Below are positions 1-11,594 of a stretch of DNA of 64,000 bases, one piece after another. Location of the stretch: positions 21,061,612-21,125,611 of the forward strand of contig NC_057718.1 in assembly GCF_004010195.1 (NCBI RefSeq), written 5' to 3'. How positions within the stretch are numbered: the stretch's first letter is position 1; each line of letters begins with the position of its first letter. The DNA is from Chiloscyllium plagiosum (Eukaryota). The notes beneath the pieces are model-generated. The model did not search any database, was not told where the DNA came from, and was given only the letters and a program-made list of their open reading frames with translations. The position numbers and the translations under genes were made by a program.

Positions 1-294
1 TTCTTGCAGTCTTCTGCAGTCTTCTTCTTGACCTCTCCGCCTCCGTCCTACTCCGACCTATCACCCTCACCTTGACCTCTTTCCACCTATCACATTTCCA
101 ACTCCCCTCCTCCAAGTCCCTCCTCCCTACCTTTTATCTTCTCCTGCTGAACACTCTCTGCTCATTCCTGAAGAAGGGCCTGTGCCCGAAACGTCGAATC
201 TCCTGTTCCCTGGATGCTGCCTGACCTGCTGTGCTGTTCCAGCAATAAAGTTTCAACTTTGATCTCCAGCATCTGCAGACCTCACTTTCTCCTC
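1..294 (+). mobile_element. Penelope-like element 3' end (runs off window edge)
   Basis: Similar to the reverse complement of 54271-54545 (3' region downstream of the GIY-YIG fragment); ends in gatctccagcatctgcagacctcactttctcc. Confidence 0.8.
164..199 (+). ncRNA. Minimal hammerhead ribozyme motif (PLE type)
   Basis: attc-CTGAAGA-A-GGGC ctgt GCCC-GAAA-C-GTC-gaat: core boxes, helix II, helix I (attc/gaat) and palindromic ACGT in place of helix III. Confidence 0.65.
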
Positions 295-983
295 TCTGGT
301 CATCTATGAAAACCTAGCCTTTGGCACAATTCCTCGACTAAAAGGAAGAAGATTTCTACTTTACTTAAGAATCGAAACCAGGGGTCAATGAAGAAATTTT
401 GAGCAAAACAAAAACTGTGTAAATTTTCACATTTTCTTAACCATCCAAGTTTCTTCTTGGGTCTTTTAAAAAAAATCACTTACATTAAGTAGACTATTTT
501 TTCATTACCTTAATAATGGGGAACCAGGCCCACTATTTAAACAAATGTAAGCAACCAGACAGGCTTTGCTAGATTGCTACCAACTAATTAATAAATTCTA
601 TCATTGTGTAAAGAACAAGCAACTTAGTTTTAATCCAACTATCTGAAAAAAAGGCCTCTCACACTTCTCCCCATATCAAAAAATGAACAGAAAAGTCAAT
701 TTGTATTTCTTAAGATACAAAAATATCAATTTGTTCTCGGAAGTAAACTCTCAGTACATAATGCACATTACTTCTTATAGCCATGGTAAGCAACCTCTGC
801 AGTTTAAATATACTTTTTCAAAATACATGAGTGTTAATTTCAAATTGTTCAGGACTTAAGTTAATAGAATAGGCAGTAACAGTAATCTTTGAATTGATAC
901 AGTCTCAACATTAACAACTATGACAATTGCAACATGGTCACACCACAGAATTTTAGCTTGTTGTTAGTGTTCACATAGCCAGT

Positions 984-1201
984 GCTGAAAATGTGTTGCT
1001 GGAAAGGCGCAGGTCAGGAAGCATCCAGGGAACAGGAGAATCGACGTTTCGGGCATAAGCCCTTCTTCAGGAATCCTGAAGAAGGGCTTATGCCCGAAAC
1101 GTCGATTCTCCTGTTCCCTGGATGCTGCCTGACCTGCTGCGCTTTTCCAGCAACACATTTTCAGCTCTGATCTCCAGCATCTGCAGTCCTCACTTTTTCC
1201 C
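984..1201 (+). mobile_element. Short PLE-derived hairpin insertion with hammerhead motifs on both strands
   Basis: Inverted repeat centred on 1073 plus a ~35-nt unpaired tail; 14-bp TSD ttcacatagccagt at 970-983 and 1202-1215; motifs at 1076-1103 (+) and 1043-1070 (-). Confidence 0.85.
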
Positions 1202-1863
1202 TTCACATAGCCAGTCTATGGCAAGCATGTTTGCAAAGATCACTTATCACAATTTCCCATACTTCACAGCCACTTATGATAGTACTTTTACAAAACCAAC
1301 TATAAAAATGGATCTCACAATTCTACCAAAAAATTAACACCGAGTTTGACCTATATTAATTATTCAATTATACATGGCGAAACTAGATCCTCTCTTTCCT
1401 CTTACCAGCCCAGTTCTGTGCACAACTACAGACACATAATGTTTATGAGTACGATCACTCAAATTCAGTATTTAAGCGAATGCACACAGCAAAGCACAGC
1501 AAAAACAGCTGACACTAAGTTCAAAATTTGTTTTATTCATTCGAGCAGAACATTTAACCAAACTATCTGAAACATTCATTGAAGTTGAACATTTATCAGT
1601 TTAACATATTTACAAGAACAATTTGATAATTTAAAACATTTGGTAAACCACCACAGTTTTATTTTTAAATTGAGCACGCAAAAATAATGACCATTTAAAT
1701 TTACAGTAGTCAAAGATTGCGGCTACAAACAGGCCTACAAGGGGAAAAGCGACAAGCTTAGGAATCAAAATATTTAAACTGGCCAACATGAAACTCAAAA
1801 GATACAAAAGCTATTAAAAACAGCAAGTCAGTTCTCTATCCAAACGAGCCAGAACTTTTGATG

Positions 1864-4395
1864 AGGACTCGTCTCCTGAGGTAGTATGGGCTGAGGTTAG
1901 AAACAGGAGGAGAGGAGAGGTCACACTACCGGGAGTTTTTTTTATAGGCCTCCACAGAGTTTCAGGGAGATGGAGGAGAGGATTGGCAAAATGATTCTAG
2001 GTAGGAGTGAAAGGAACAGGGTGGTCATTATGGGGGACTCTAACTTCCCCAACATTGACTGGAAATGCTATAAGTCTAGTACATCAGATTATTCAGTTTT
2101 TGTCCAACATGTGCAGGAGGGTTTCCTGACACAGTATGTCGAAGAGCCGACAAGAGGGGAGGCCACACTGAATCTGGTGCTTGGTAATGAGCCAGGCCAG
2201 GTGTCTGATCTAGTTGTAGGTGAGCACTTTGGAGAGTGTGACCATAATTCAGTTACGCTTAGTTTAGCAATGGAAAGGGATAGGTATATGCCACAGAGCA
2301 AGAGTTATCGATGGGGCAAGGGCAATTATAATGCGATTAGGCAAGTCTTAGGATGCATAGAATGGGGTAGTAAAATGCAGAGGATGGGGACAATCGAAAT
2401 GTGGAGCTGGTTTAAGGAACAGATATTGTGTGTCCTTGATAGGTATGTCCCTGTCAGGCAGGGAGGAAGTGATAAGGTAAGGGAACCGTGGTTTACTACG
2501 GAAATTATCAACCTTGTGCAGTTTTTAAAAAATTATGAAGTGCACTAATTGTTCTTCACTTGCTCTACTTTTGTGATTCTACAGTCTCAATACCTAGTCT
2601 CTTTATAGAGAGCAATGAGATACGAGATATTAGACGAGAAAGGGTCGAGGTTAGTAAGGAAGAGCTGTTATCAGTTGCAGGAGTGAAAGTAGACAAGTCC
2701 CCTGAGCTGGATGGGATTTATCCGAAGATTCTCTTGGAAGCTAAGGAGGAGATGGCGGAGTCTTTGGCTTTGATCTTTGAGTCGTCATTGTCTACAGGTT
2801 TAGTATCAGAGGACTGGAGGATTGCAAATGTTGTGCCCTTGTTCAAGAAGGGCATTAGAGATGACCCAGGTAATTACAGACCAGTGAGCCTTACTTCTGT
2901 TGTACGAAAAGTTTTGAAAAGGATTTTAAGAGATAGGATCTATAATCATCTTGCAAGCAACAATTTGATTTCAGATAGTCAACATGGTTTCGTCAGGGGC
3001 AAGTTGTATCTCACAAACCTTACTGAATTTTTTGAGAAGGTGACCAAGCATGAAGGTAGGGCAGTTGACATGGTGTACAAGAACTTCAGTAAAGCCTTTT
3101 ATAAGGTTCCACAGGGTAGGCTGTTGGAGATAATGCAGAGGCATAGGACTGAAGGTGATTTAGCAGTTTGGATTAGAAACTGGCTTTCTGAAAGAAGGCA
3201 GCGAGCGGTGGTTGATGGAAAATATTCAGCCTGGAGTCCGGTTACTAGTGGTGTACCACAAAGATCTATTTTGGGACCACTGCTGTTTGTCATTTATATA
3301 AATGACTTAGACGCAGGCATAGGTGGATGGGTTAGGAAGTTTGCAGATGACACTAAAGTCACAGGAGTAGTGGACAGTGTGGAAGAATGTTGCAGGTTGC
3401 AGGGGGACTTGGATAAACTGCAGAACTGGGCTGAGAAGTGGCAAATGGAGTTCAATGCAGCTAAATGTGAGGTGATTCACTTTGGGAAGAATAACTGAAA
3501 GGCAGAATACTGGGTCAATGGAAAGATTCTTGGTAGTGTGGATGTGTAGAGGGATCTTGGAGTCCACGTACAAAGATCCCTGAAAATTGCCACTCAGTTG
3601 ATAGTGCTGTTAAGAAGGCATACAGTGTGTTAGGTTTTATCGGGAGAGGGATTGAGTTCCAGAGCCAAAATTTCATGCTGCAACTATACAAAATCTTAGT
3701 GCGGTCGCATTTGGAATACAGTGTACAGTTCTGGTCGCCCCATTACAGGAAGGATGTGGAAGCATTGGAAAAGGTGCAGAGGAGATTTACCAGGATGTTG
3801 CCTGGTCTGGAGGGAAGCTCTTATGAGGAAAGGCTGAGAGACTTGGGTCTGTTCTCTTTGGAAAGAAGGCAGCTAACAGGGGATTTGATAGAGACATACA
3901 AGATGATCAGAGGATTAGATAGGGTAGACAGTGAAAGTCTTTTCTGAAAATGTGTTGCTGGAAAAGTGCAGCAGGTCAGGCAGCATCCAAGGAGCAGGAG
4001 AATCGACATTTCGGGCATGAGCCCTTCCTGAAGAGCTTTTGCGCTTTTCCAGCAACACACTTTCAGCTCTGATCTCCAGCATCTGCAGTCCTCACTTTCT
4101 CCCAATGAAAGTCTTTTTCCTAGGATGATGATAGCTTGTACGAGGGGGCATAACTACAAATTGAAGGGTGATAGATTTAAGACAGATGTCAGAGGCAGGT
4201 TCTTTATTCAGAGTGGTAAGGGCGTGGAAGCTCTGCCTGCCAATGTAGTTAACATTGGGGAGATTTAACTAATCTTTGGATAAGCACATGGATGATGATG
4301 GGATAGTGTAGGGGGATGAGCTTATATTAGTTCACAGGTTGGCGCAACATCGAGGGCCGAAGGGCCTGTTCTGCACTGTATTGTTCCATGTTCTA
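1864..4395 (+). mobile_element. CR1 LINE, degenerate ORF2 (endonuclease and RT) with 3' UTR
   Basis: ORFs 1970..2548 (MGDSNFPNIDW, DH), 2560..3498 (NYRPVSLTS, GVPQ, KFADDTK), 3627..3947; CR1 tail gggccgaagggcctgttctgcactgtattgttccatgttcta. Internal deletion near 2520-2610. Confidence 0.92.
3944..4102 (+). mobile_element. Short PLE-derived hairpin insertion nested in CR1
   Basis: Same arms and tail as 984-1201 with an internal deletion; TSD ca(g/a)tgaaagtctttt at 3929-3943 and 4103-4117. Confidence 0.85.
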
Positions 4396-4778
4396 AACGC
4401 ATAATGTAGTGGAATCAAAGATGAAAAGAAACCAAATGATCAAGAATTCATGCTTGAAGAAATGAAAATATTTTTATCTGGAAAGTGCAGCATTTGGAAC
4501 TGTATCTTTTTCCAAGCATAATTTGCCAAGACGTTTGGTTCCTGACTCTACTGTAGGTCAAGAGGAATAGGAAAAATTTATAAAGACTATCATTGGCTGC
4601 ACCCCATAAGGCATTTGTGAAAATACATAGTTTACATCTGACATCTAATAGACATACCACTGCTTTAAGAAATGAGGCAACGAGCAGAGATTACTGGAAG
4701 ATCAATCACTTCAATGATACATTAGTAATACAATTGATTATTAACTCAAAACATGCCAGCCATTTCCAAATTAAAATA

Positions 4779-5005
4779 GGGCGGCACAGTGGCTAGCACT
4801 GCTGCCTCATAGCACCAAGGACGCAGGTTCGATTCCACCCTTGGGTAACTGTCTACGTGCAATTTGCATATTCTCCCAGTTTTTGCATGGGTTTCTACCG
4901 GGTGCTCCAATTTCCTCCCACAGTCCAAGGATGTGCAGGTTTGGTGGACTGACCATGCTACATTGCCCATAGTGGCCAGACCTGTTTCCACACTGTTAGG
5001 ATTCT
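4779..5005 (+). mobile_element. V-domain tRNA SINE (HE1-like), internally deleted
   Basis: tRNA-like head (gcggcacagtggctagcac...ggttcgattcc), V-domain, tail cctgtttccacactgt. Confidence 0.8.
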
Positions 5006-5359
5006 GTGAAATTTCTGTGAAGGGACTCACCAGGAATTTAAATGTTCTGTAATAGCTGGGTGATTTGTAACACTCCACCAATAGCAACACCAAAGCTGGC
5101 AGGAATCTTTTTACCATGAGGCCCCCCCATAAAAATTTAATGATGATCATGAGATTACAGGACTTCTGATGCTATTACAAATTATTCTTGCTGCAACCAT
5201 TTGGGGCAGCAATGAATATCATGGATGACTCCTACACTCAACAATGAAGGCTCAGAAATTGATTTAAGGGAAAAGGACAGTTGCGCATCGATATAAAACC
5301 TTTGTCAATGTCAGGGTGTCCAAGTGTTCTCCTGCCACTTCTCAAATGTATTCACTGTT

Positions 5360-5560
5360 GCAACACAGAAAATGCAGCAGCCAATTTGCGCACAGCAAAC
5401 TCACACGAGCAACGTGATTATGATCAGATATTAAACAGTTCCTTGTTTTTGTGTCCCATCTAAAAGTCAGGATCTCTGTCAGATCAGCTCTTTCTCAATA
5501 CGGTACCCAGGAATTACCTTCTGACTCAGAGGCAAGAGTGCCACCAACTTAGCCATCGCC
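5360..5560 (-). mobile_element. Old Deu-domain-type SINE remnant
   Basis: gcagccaatttgcgcacagcaaact segment and ttctgactcagaggcaagagtgccaccaac (reverse tRNA-like head); related to 32790-33190. Confidence 0.5.
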
Positions 5561-6207
5561 GATGTAATCAATTAAACTATGGGGAGTCATTGGAAGTGAA
5601 TTGTTTCTAGCCTTTTATTCTTTCCATCTATGCTGACAGCACTCTCTTGCCTTACACCCCTGTGCTAATGTTGAAAGATAATAACTTTCAGGATGCAAGG
5701 TAGAATCAGAACTTAGAGAGTCATTCATTCAAAAACTGCATCAGGGAATCACAGTAATTGAAGAAGTGGCTGTGGAAGATGAAAATGGTGCTTGTATCAA
5801 GTTCAAAGTGTTAATGCTCTGTGCGCCTCACATTCAAGTGCTGTTATGTGTTATTGCAAACATGGCAACATCTGTCACTCAAGAGTTGGATTATTCTTTA
5901 ACACTCAAAATCATCATGCTGAAATAAATCAAAATTCATTCTTCAATGCATTGAACTACTTGGCATTTTTTTGGTTAATTAACATAACAAGAATCTGTCA
6001 TGATAAATCATCTTTAATAATAGTTAGATTGCTGTTACCATTCTCGGGTCTATATCCGTGGAACACAATTTAGCCTTGACAAACCAGAAGTATAATACTA
6101 ACTTCGTCGCTATGCAGACGGTGTTGAGGTCAGCCAGAACCAAGTTTCCTGCACACAACATAGAATTCTTACCAATGTCCATGCTCCAGCAGCAATTAAA
6201 AAAAAAA

Positions 6208-6548
6208 GTCATTCATGGGATGTGGGCATCACTGGTTAAGGCCAGCATTTTATTGCCTATCCCTAACTGCCCAAAGGGCAGTCAAGAGTCAATCATTTTG
6301 CTGTGGGTCTGGAGTCACATGTAGGCCACACCTGGTAAGGATCGTAGTTTCCTTCCCTTAAGGAGATTAGTGAACCAGATGGGTTTTTCTGACAATCAGC
6401 AACAATCACCATCAGACTCTTAAGTCCAGATTTTTATTCAGTTCGGGTTCCATCTGCCCTGGCAGGATTTGAACGCTGGGCCCCAGAATCATACCCGAAT
6501 CTCTGGATTAATAGGCTAGCAATAATACCATGAGACCATTGCCTCCCC
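6208..6548 (-). mobile_element. tRNA-derived SINE, second family
   Basis: Minus strand starts GGGAGGCAATGGTCTCATGG...GTTCAAATCC (A/B-box-like); colinear with the copy at 25600-25927. Confidence 0.75.
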
Positions 6549-6627
6549 TAATGGTCTTCCTTCGAGAACATAAAAAGGGTCATTTTTTTGCCCCAAACAT
6601 TAATAAAATTTGTCGCAATCTTAGAGA

Positions 6628-7271
6628 AAGAGTCATAGTCATAGAGATGTACTTTGGTCCAAACCGTCCATGCTGACCAGATATCCCAACCCAATCTAGT
6701 CCCACCTGCCAGCGCCCGGCCCATATCCCTCCAAACCCTTCCTATTCATATACCCATCCAAATGCCTCTTACATGTTGCAATTGTACCAGCCGCCACCAC
6801 ATCCTCTGGCAACTCATTCCATACATGTACCACCCTCTGCGTGAAAAAGTTGCCCCTTAGGTCTCTTTTATATCTTTCCCCTCTCACCCTAATCCTATGC
6901 CCTCTCGTTCTGGACTCCCCAACCCTAGGGAAAAGACTTTGCCTAGTTATTCTATCCATGCCCCTCAATCTTGTAAACCTCTATAAGGTCACCCCTCAGC
7001 CTCCGACGTTCCAGGGAAAACAGNNNNNNNNNNNNNNNNNNNNNNNNNNNNNNNNNNNNNNNNNNNNACCTGCACTCCAAGGTCTCTTTGTTCAGCAACA
7101 CTCCCTAGGACCTTACCATTAAGTGTATAAGTCCTGCTAAGATTTGCTTTCCCAAAATACAGCACCTCGCATTTATCTGAATTAAACTCCATCTGCCACT
7201 TCTCAGCCCATTGGCCCATCTGGTCCAGATCCTGCTGTAATCTGAGGTAACCCTCTTCGCTGTCCACTACA
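6628..7271 (-). mobile_element. 5'-truncated CR1 LINE containing an assembly gap (44 N, 7024-7067)
   Basis: ORFs 6696..6968 and 6989..7267 encode the CR1 ORF2 C-terminus (WAEKWQMEFNSDKC; FFTQRVVHVWNELP). Confidence 0.92.
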
Positions 7272-8071
7272 TGCTGTCAAGTTCAATGTATTGGAGGGAG
7301 CATGAAACTTAAAAACAAACAGCCAATTGTTGTAACTACAGGAATTTAAAGCTGGGTCACAGGGAAACATTTGTGGTCATGGCTGTTACTATACAACATG
7401 CTAGCAGGGAAATAGGTTCAGATACTTGTGCCGGAGTGGGGATGTGTCGGGGTATGGAGGAGTGGTGGAAGAGATATGGTGAAGGGTAGAAGGATAACAG
7501 AATCACACTACAAAGAATCCATAACTGCCCTGACTCCAAGATGTTAGTCCCAGTAGAGCAGCATGGACACTACCTCAGTGTAGCAGCAGTTCAAAATTTA
7601 AAGAGATCTAGTTTGATCTGAGTTGATGAAAAACAGGTATCATAAAAAGTGGTTCTTCCTTTCCTTAAAATTACAGTATGATAGGACAACTATTTAAAAT
7701 GCAGAGATCAAAATTTGAAGTAGAAATATTAAGAACAGTCAGCACATTCATTTATATCTCTGGAACCATGATAATATGAAGACTTCCCTTTTTTTCAATC
7801 TATACTTAACCCTATAGTTAACCCAATTATAGAGTTGTTAGGATTCTAACTCGACAGCCTACACACACTATACATATCTGTTTTGTTAGATTCAATTTCA
7901 ATCTTTACTGCAAGTTACAAACAGGACACATAATCTAAGTAATATTCAGGACAAATCTTTTGTCGTCAACACCTCTGATAATCCACAAAATTACAACCTT
8001 ATTTGAACCCTATTGTTAATGAGAATTGGAACCTGATAGATTAATTAGAGTGAATCAGATGACCTCTCATA

Positions 8072-8228
8072 TCTGAAAGAAATAAAAACAGAAATTGTTG
8101 GAGAAGCTCAGGAGGTCTAGCAATTCTGAAGAAGGATCACTGGACTTGAAATGTTAACTCTGCTTTCTCTCTGACAGATGCTGCCAGACTTGCTGAGTTT
8201 CTCCAACAATTTCTGTTTTGTTTCAGAT
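8072..8228 (+). mobile_element. Older PLE-derived hairpin with degenerate hammerhead
   Basis: Inverted arms aaaacagaaattgttggagaagctcag / ctgagtttctccaacaatttctgtttt around ctgaagaaggatcactggacttgaaatgtt. Confidence 0.6.
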
Positions 8229-8264
8229 TAAACAAAAGGTGCAGAGAAAGATCAACTCTAATAT

Positions 8265-8750
8265 ATGACAGGTCCATTCATAAGTCTGATAACAGCAGAG
8301 AAGAAGCTTTTCTTGAATCTGTTGGTACATGTTTTCAAACTTTGTATTTTCTGCCCAATAGAAGAGGTAGGAAAAGCATATAACTGGAGGGGGAGGGTCT
8401 TTGATTATGCTGGCTGCTTTCAGTGGGAAGTAGAGATGGAATCAGTGGAAAGAAGACTGGTTTTGCATGATAGTCTGGGCTGTATGCATAACTCTTGGTA
8501 ATTCTTGTAATTGGGAAAAGTAGTTGCCACACCAAGCTGTGATGCATCCAGATAGGATGCTTTCCATGGTGCATCTATAAAAATCGGTGAGAGTAATTGC
8601 AGACATGCCAAATTTCCTTAGCCTTCTGAGGAAAAGTAGAGGCATTGGTGTGCCTTCTTGACTGTCGTGTTGATGTGGATGGACCTGGATAGATCCTCCT
8701 AGGAACTTGAAGCTCTCGACCACCTCCACCTCAGTACCACTGATATAAAC
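8265..8750 (-). mobile_element. Rex1/Babar-like LINE remnant
   Basis: ORF 8442..8729: FLRRLRKFGMSAITLTDFYRCTMESILSGCITAWCGN, typical of the Rex1 RT C-terminal region. Confidence 0.75.
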
Positions 8751-9002
8751 AAATGTAAAAGCATTTTAAAAGATATGAACATTGATAATGATAGTGGAGG
8801 AATACGACACTCCAAAACTACTCTAGTCCATGTGTCAAAATGGTTAGCCATGCTCAGCTAGCCATGCTTGCAAAGCTCAGAACATCACGTGCAACTTTTG
8901 ATTGCTTCTTCCATTAATTGATGTCACACCACAAACCAATTAAAGATTATGAATTAGACTAACGATATGATTCATTCACACATGGGCCCTGTTCTTTACA
9001 GG

Positions 9003-9222
9003 TACAGTCTGTTCTGACAGTGCGATAGTTCCATTCCCATGCAATGCCACGATATAAGAAAATCATATAATACAAGCACTATTTAAACCAATGGGACCGA
9101 ATCATGTTATAGTCAATACAAGTATAGAAAGTTTGCGTTCTACAAACAATGGTCTAAATTCTTCAACTGCCTTATAGCCAATTCACGTTGAAGAAATGCA
9201 CATTATAGCAGAACTGACTACA
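9003..9222. mobile_element. pogo/Tigger-like MITE
   Basis: Imperfect terminal inverted repeats tacagtctgttctg ... tatagcagaactgactac; the same right terminus occurs at about 22236-22257. Confidence 0.5.
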
Positions 9223-9699
9223 AAATGACATCCACACAGCACACCTTTTTCATTGAGGAAAGATCTAATGAAACAACCAATCCTTACTGCAGATAACAAC
9301 CTGATCAGAGTCAGAGTCAATTTGCACGGTTTGAATTTAACTGATTAACTCAGGCAGTTAACAGCCACCAATACTGTTGAGTAGTATTTCTACCAATATT
9401 GGAGACTAAGGCTGGAGGATTTTGATCAGCAATGTGAAGTTGTATTTATAAATTATGACAAAGATGCTGTTTACAGGCAAAACATTAATAGGCATGTTAG
9501 GGGAATGTTGCAGGAAATAAACAGAGGAAGAGAAAGGAGGGAGGGGAGAGAAACTATTTAAAGCAAATATTGATGTGCATTAAATAGCATCAAATGTTCT
9601 CACAAAATATGTTAATACACATGATAGACCAGGGTAAGACAGTAACGTAATGGCTGAGGACATCAGGAAAGCCTTTGACAAGGAACTTGTGAGCGACAA

Positions 9700-9865
9700 C
9701 TCCATTTGAGAAGTCAGATGGGCTCTTGGATTACAAGCCTTAGCCAAAAGATGACATTTCTGACAGTGTAGCATACAGTCAGTATCTACCTGTAGTGTAT
9801 GAAGACTCCAGTGCAGCACTACAGGACAACTGCTGACCTAGAGGGAACTGTGCTACCATTAAGTT
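9700..9865 (-). mobile_element. Deu-domain-type SINE remnant
   Basis: aaagatgacatttctgacagtgtagca...cagta resembles 33075-33120. Confidence 0.4.
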
Positions 9866-9913
9866 ATACTTGATACCTTAAACATTATTGATAATATAAT
9901 GCTCATGTTTCTT

Positions 9914-10257
9914 AGAATCCCAACAGTGTGGAAACAGGCCATTCAGCCCAACTGGTCGACACAAACCCTCCAAAGACTATCCCAACCAGACCTGTCCCCC
10001 TACCCTATATTTCCTATGGCTAACTGGCTAACCCACCTAGCTTGCACATCACTGAACAGTATGGGCAATTTAGCATAGCCAATCAATCTAACCTGCACAT
10101 CTTCAGACTGGGGGAGGAAACCGGAGCACCTGGAGATCCATGCAGACACCAGGGTGATGTGCAAACTCCACACACACAGTCACCCTAGGGTGGAATTGAA
10201 CCCAAGTCCCTGGTGTTGTGAGGCAGCAGTGCTAACCATTGAGCCATTGTCCCATCC
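9914..10257 (-). mobile_element. V-domain SINE (HE1-like)
   Basis: Colinear with 11287-11594; tail cagtgtggaaacaggcc, V-domain, tRNA-like head. Confidence 0.85.
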
Positions 10258-11286
10258 TTTTTCCTATTCCCTTATTCAATCTCCATACAAGGATACAATA
10301 ATGAGCTTGCATACAAGTTTCGAGGAAATTTATTGGTGTTGCAATGATAAATTATTGAGTTTAGATTTCATGACAAAATTGTTTCATTCATTCAGATAAG
10401 ACCATGTTCAATTAAATAGAAAAATCATAGAACCCTGAAGTTTCAGTAAAGGTAGCTACTTGGACAAATGGTAAATTAATGTTGAAACCAACTTATCTCT
10501 AAACTTGTTTTCTATGTTTCTTGGATAGAATGAATATGCCATTATATTTATTATGCAATGGAACTAGGACCAAAGAAACTCAGGCTATGGGATGCTAAGA
10601 AAGTGAATTCAATAAATCCGGCTACTTCGTCACAAAAGTCTTGCTGCTTAGTCAAAAATCATTTATAGCCTTCAGGGCAGATGCCTCACTTTACCCGTTC
10701 CCTAGTCTGGCTTACATATTCCATTTGAGTCATTAGTATCTGCTGCGGTAACTTAAAAGTGTATAAAAAATATAATTGAATGGTCCAGCCTAAGCTTCTC
10801 AAGACAAAGAATGAGAAATAGACTATTCTTTATGTGAAAAACAAACATAAAACAAATCTTGTGCCCATTGCTTGGTGATCTAAGGGTTGGATACTAGCAT
10901 TTTGACCTTATTTTAAAAGCTATAAATTTATAAAAACAATGATCAGCAGGAACCATCACCCAAGGGAATCTTTCTTCTAATATCTCATGTTCAAACTGCA
11001 TTTTCAGTAGTTTCAAGGCTGATTTGACCGAATAAACTGCACTGTAATATAAATGGAGCGTGCTCAACAGCAGTGGTGACCTGCAAACTGGCATAGGAGA
11101 AATGCTTCAGGAAGTGGTTCACTGCAAGAGGCCAAAAGGTTTAGTCCAATGGCTATATATAGCACACTAAGGCACACTATTTATTCCACAGGCCTACTCA
11201 GTGGATTTTATTAACTTCAAAATATATATAAACAATGAAGAAAAATAAACCAAAGCCAACAAATAATCTATTTGAAAGAAAAGGTT

Positions 11287-11594
11287 GATTTAGATTAGAT
11301 TACGTTACAGTGTGGAAACAGGCTCTTCGGCCCAACAAGTCCACACCGACCCGCCGAAGCGCAACCCACCCATAACCCTACATTTACCCCTTGCCTAACA
11401 CTACGGGCAATTTAGCATGGCCAATTCACCTTACCTGCACATCTTTGGACTGTGGGAGGAAACCGGAGCACCCGGAGGAAACCCACGCAGACACGGGGAG
11501 AACGTGCAAACTCCACACAGTCAGTCGCCTGAGGCGGGAATTGAACCCGGGTCTCTGGCGCTGTGAGGCAGCAGTGCTAACCACTGTGCCACCG
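11287..11594 (-). mobile_element. V-domain SINE (HE1-like), young copy
   Basis: (tagat)n tail, V-domain, tRNA-like head; very similar to 21138-21470, 41525-41812 and 51612-51933. Confidence 0.9.

Noticed and set aside
964..1206. Recurrent small ORFs (MCCWKSAAGQAAS..., EGLMPETSILL...)
   Set aside because: They are incidental translations of the PLE terminal repeat, recurring only because the repeat recurs.
2560..3498. 312-aa RT ORF as an active or domesticated gene
   Set aside because: It is a fragment of CR1 ORF2, bounded by a deletion upstream and stops or frameshifts downstream, with damaged motifs.
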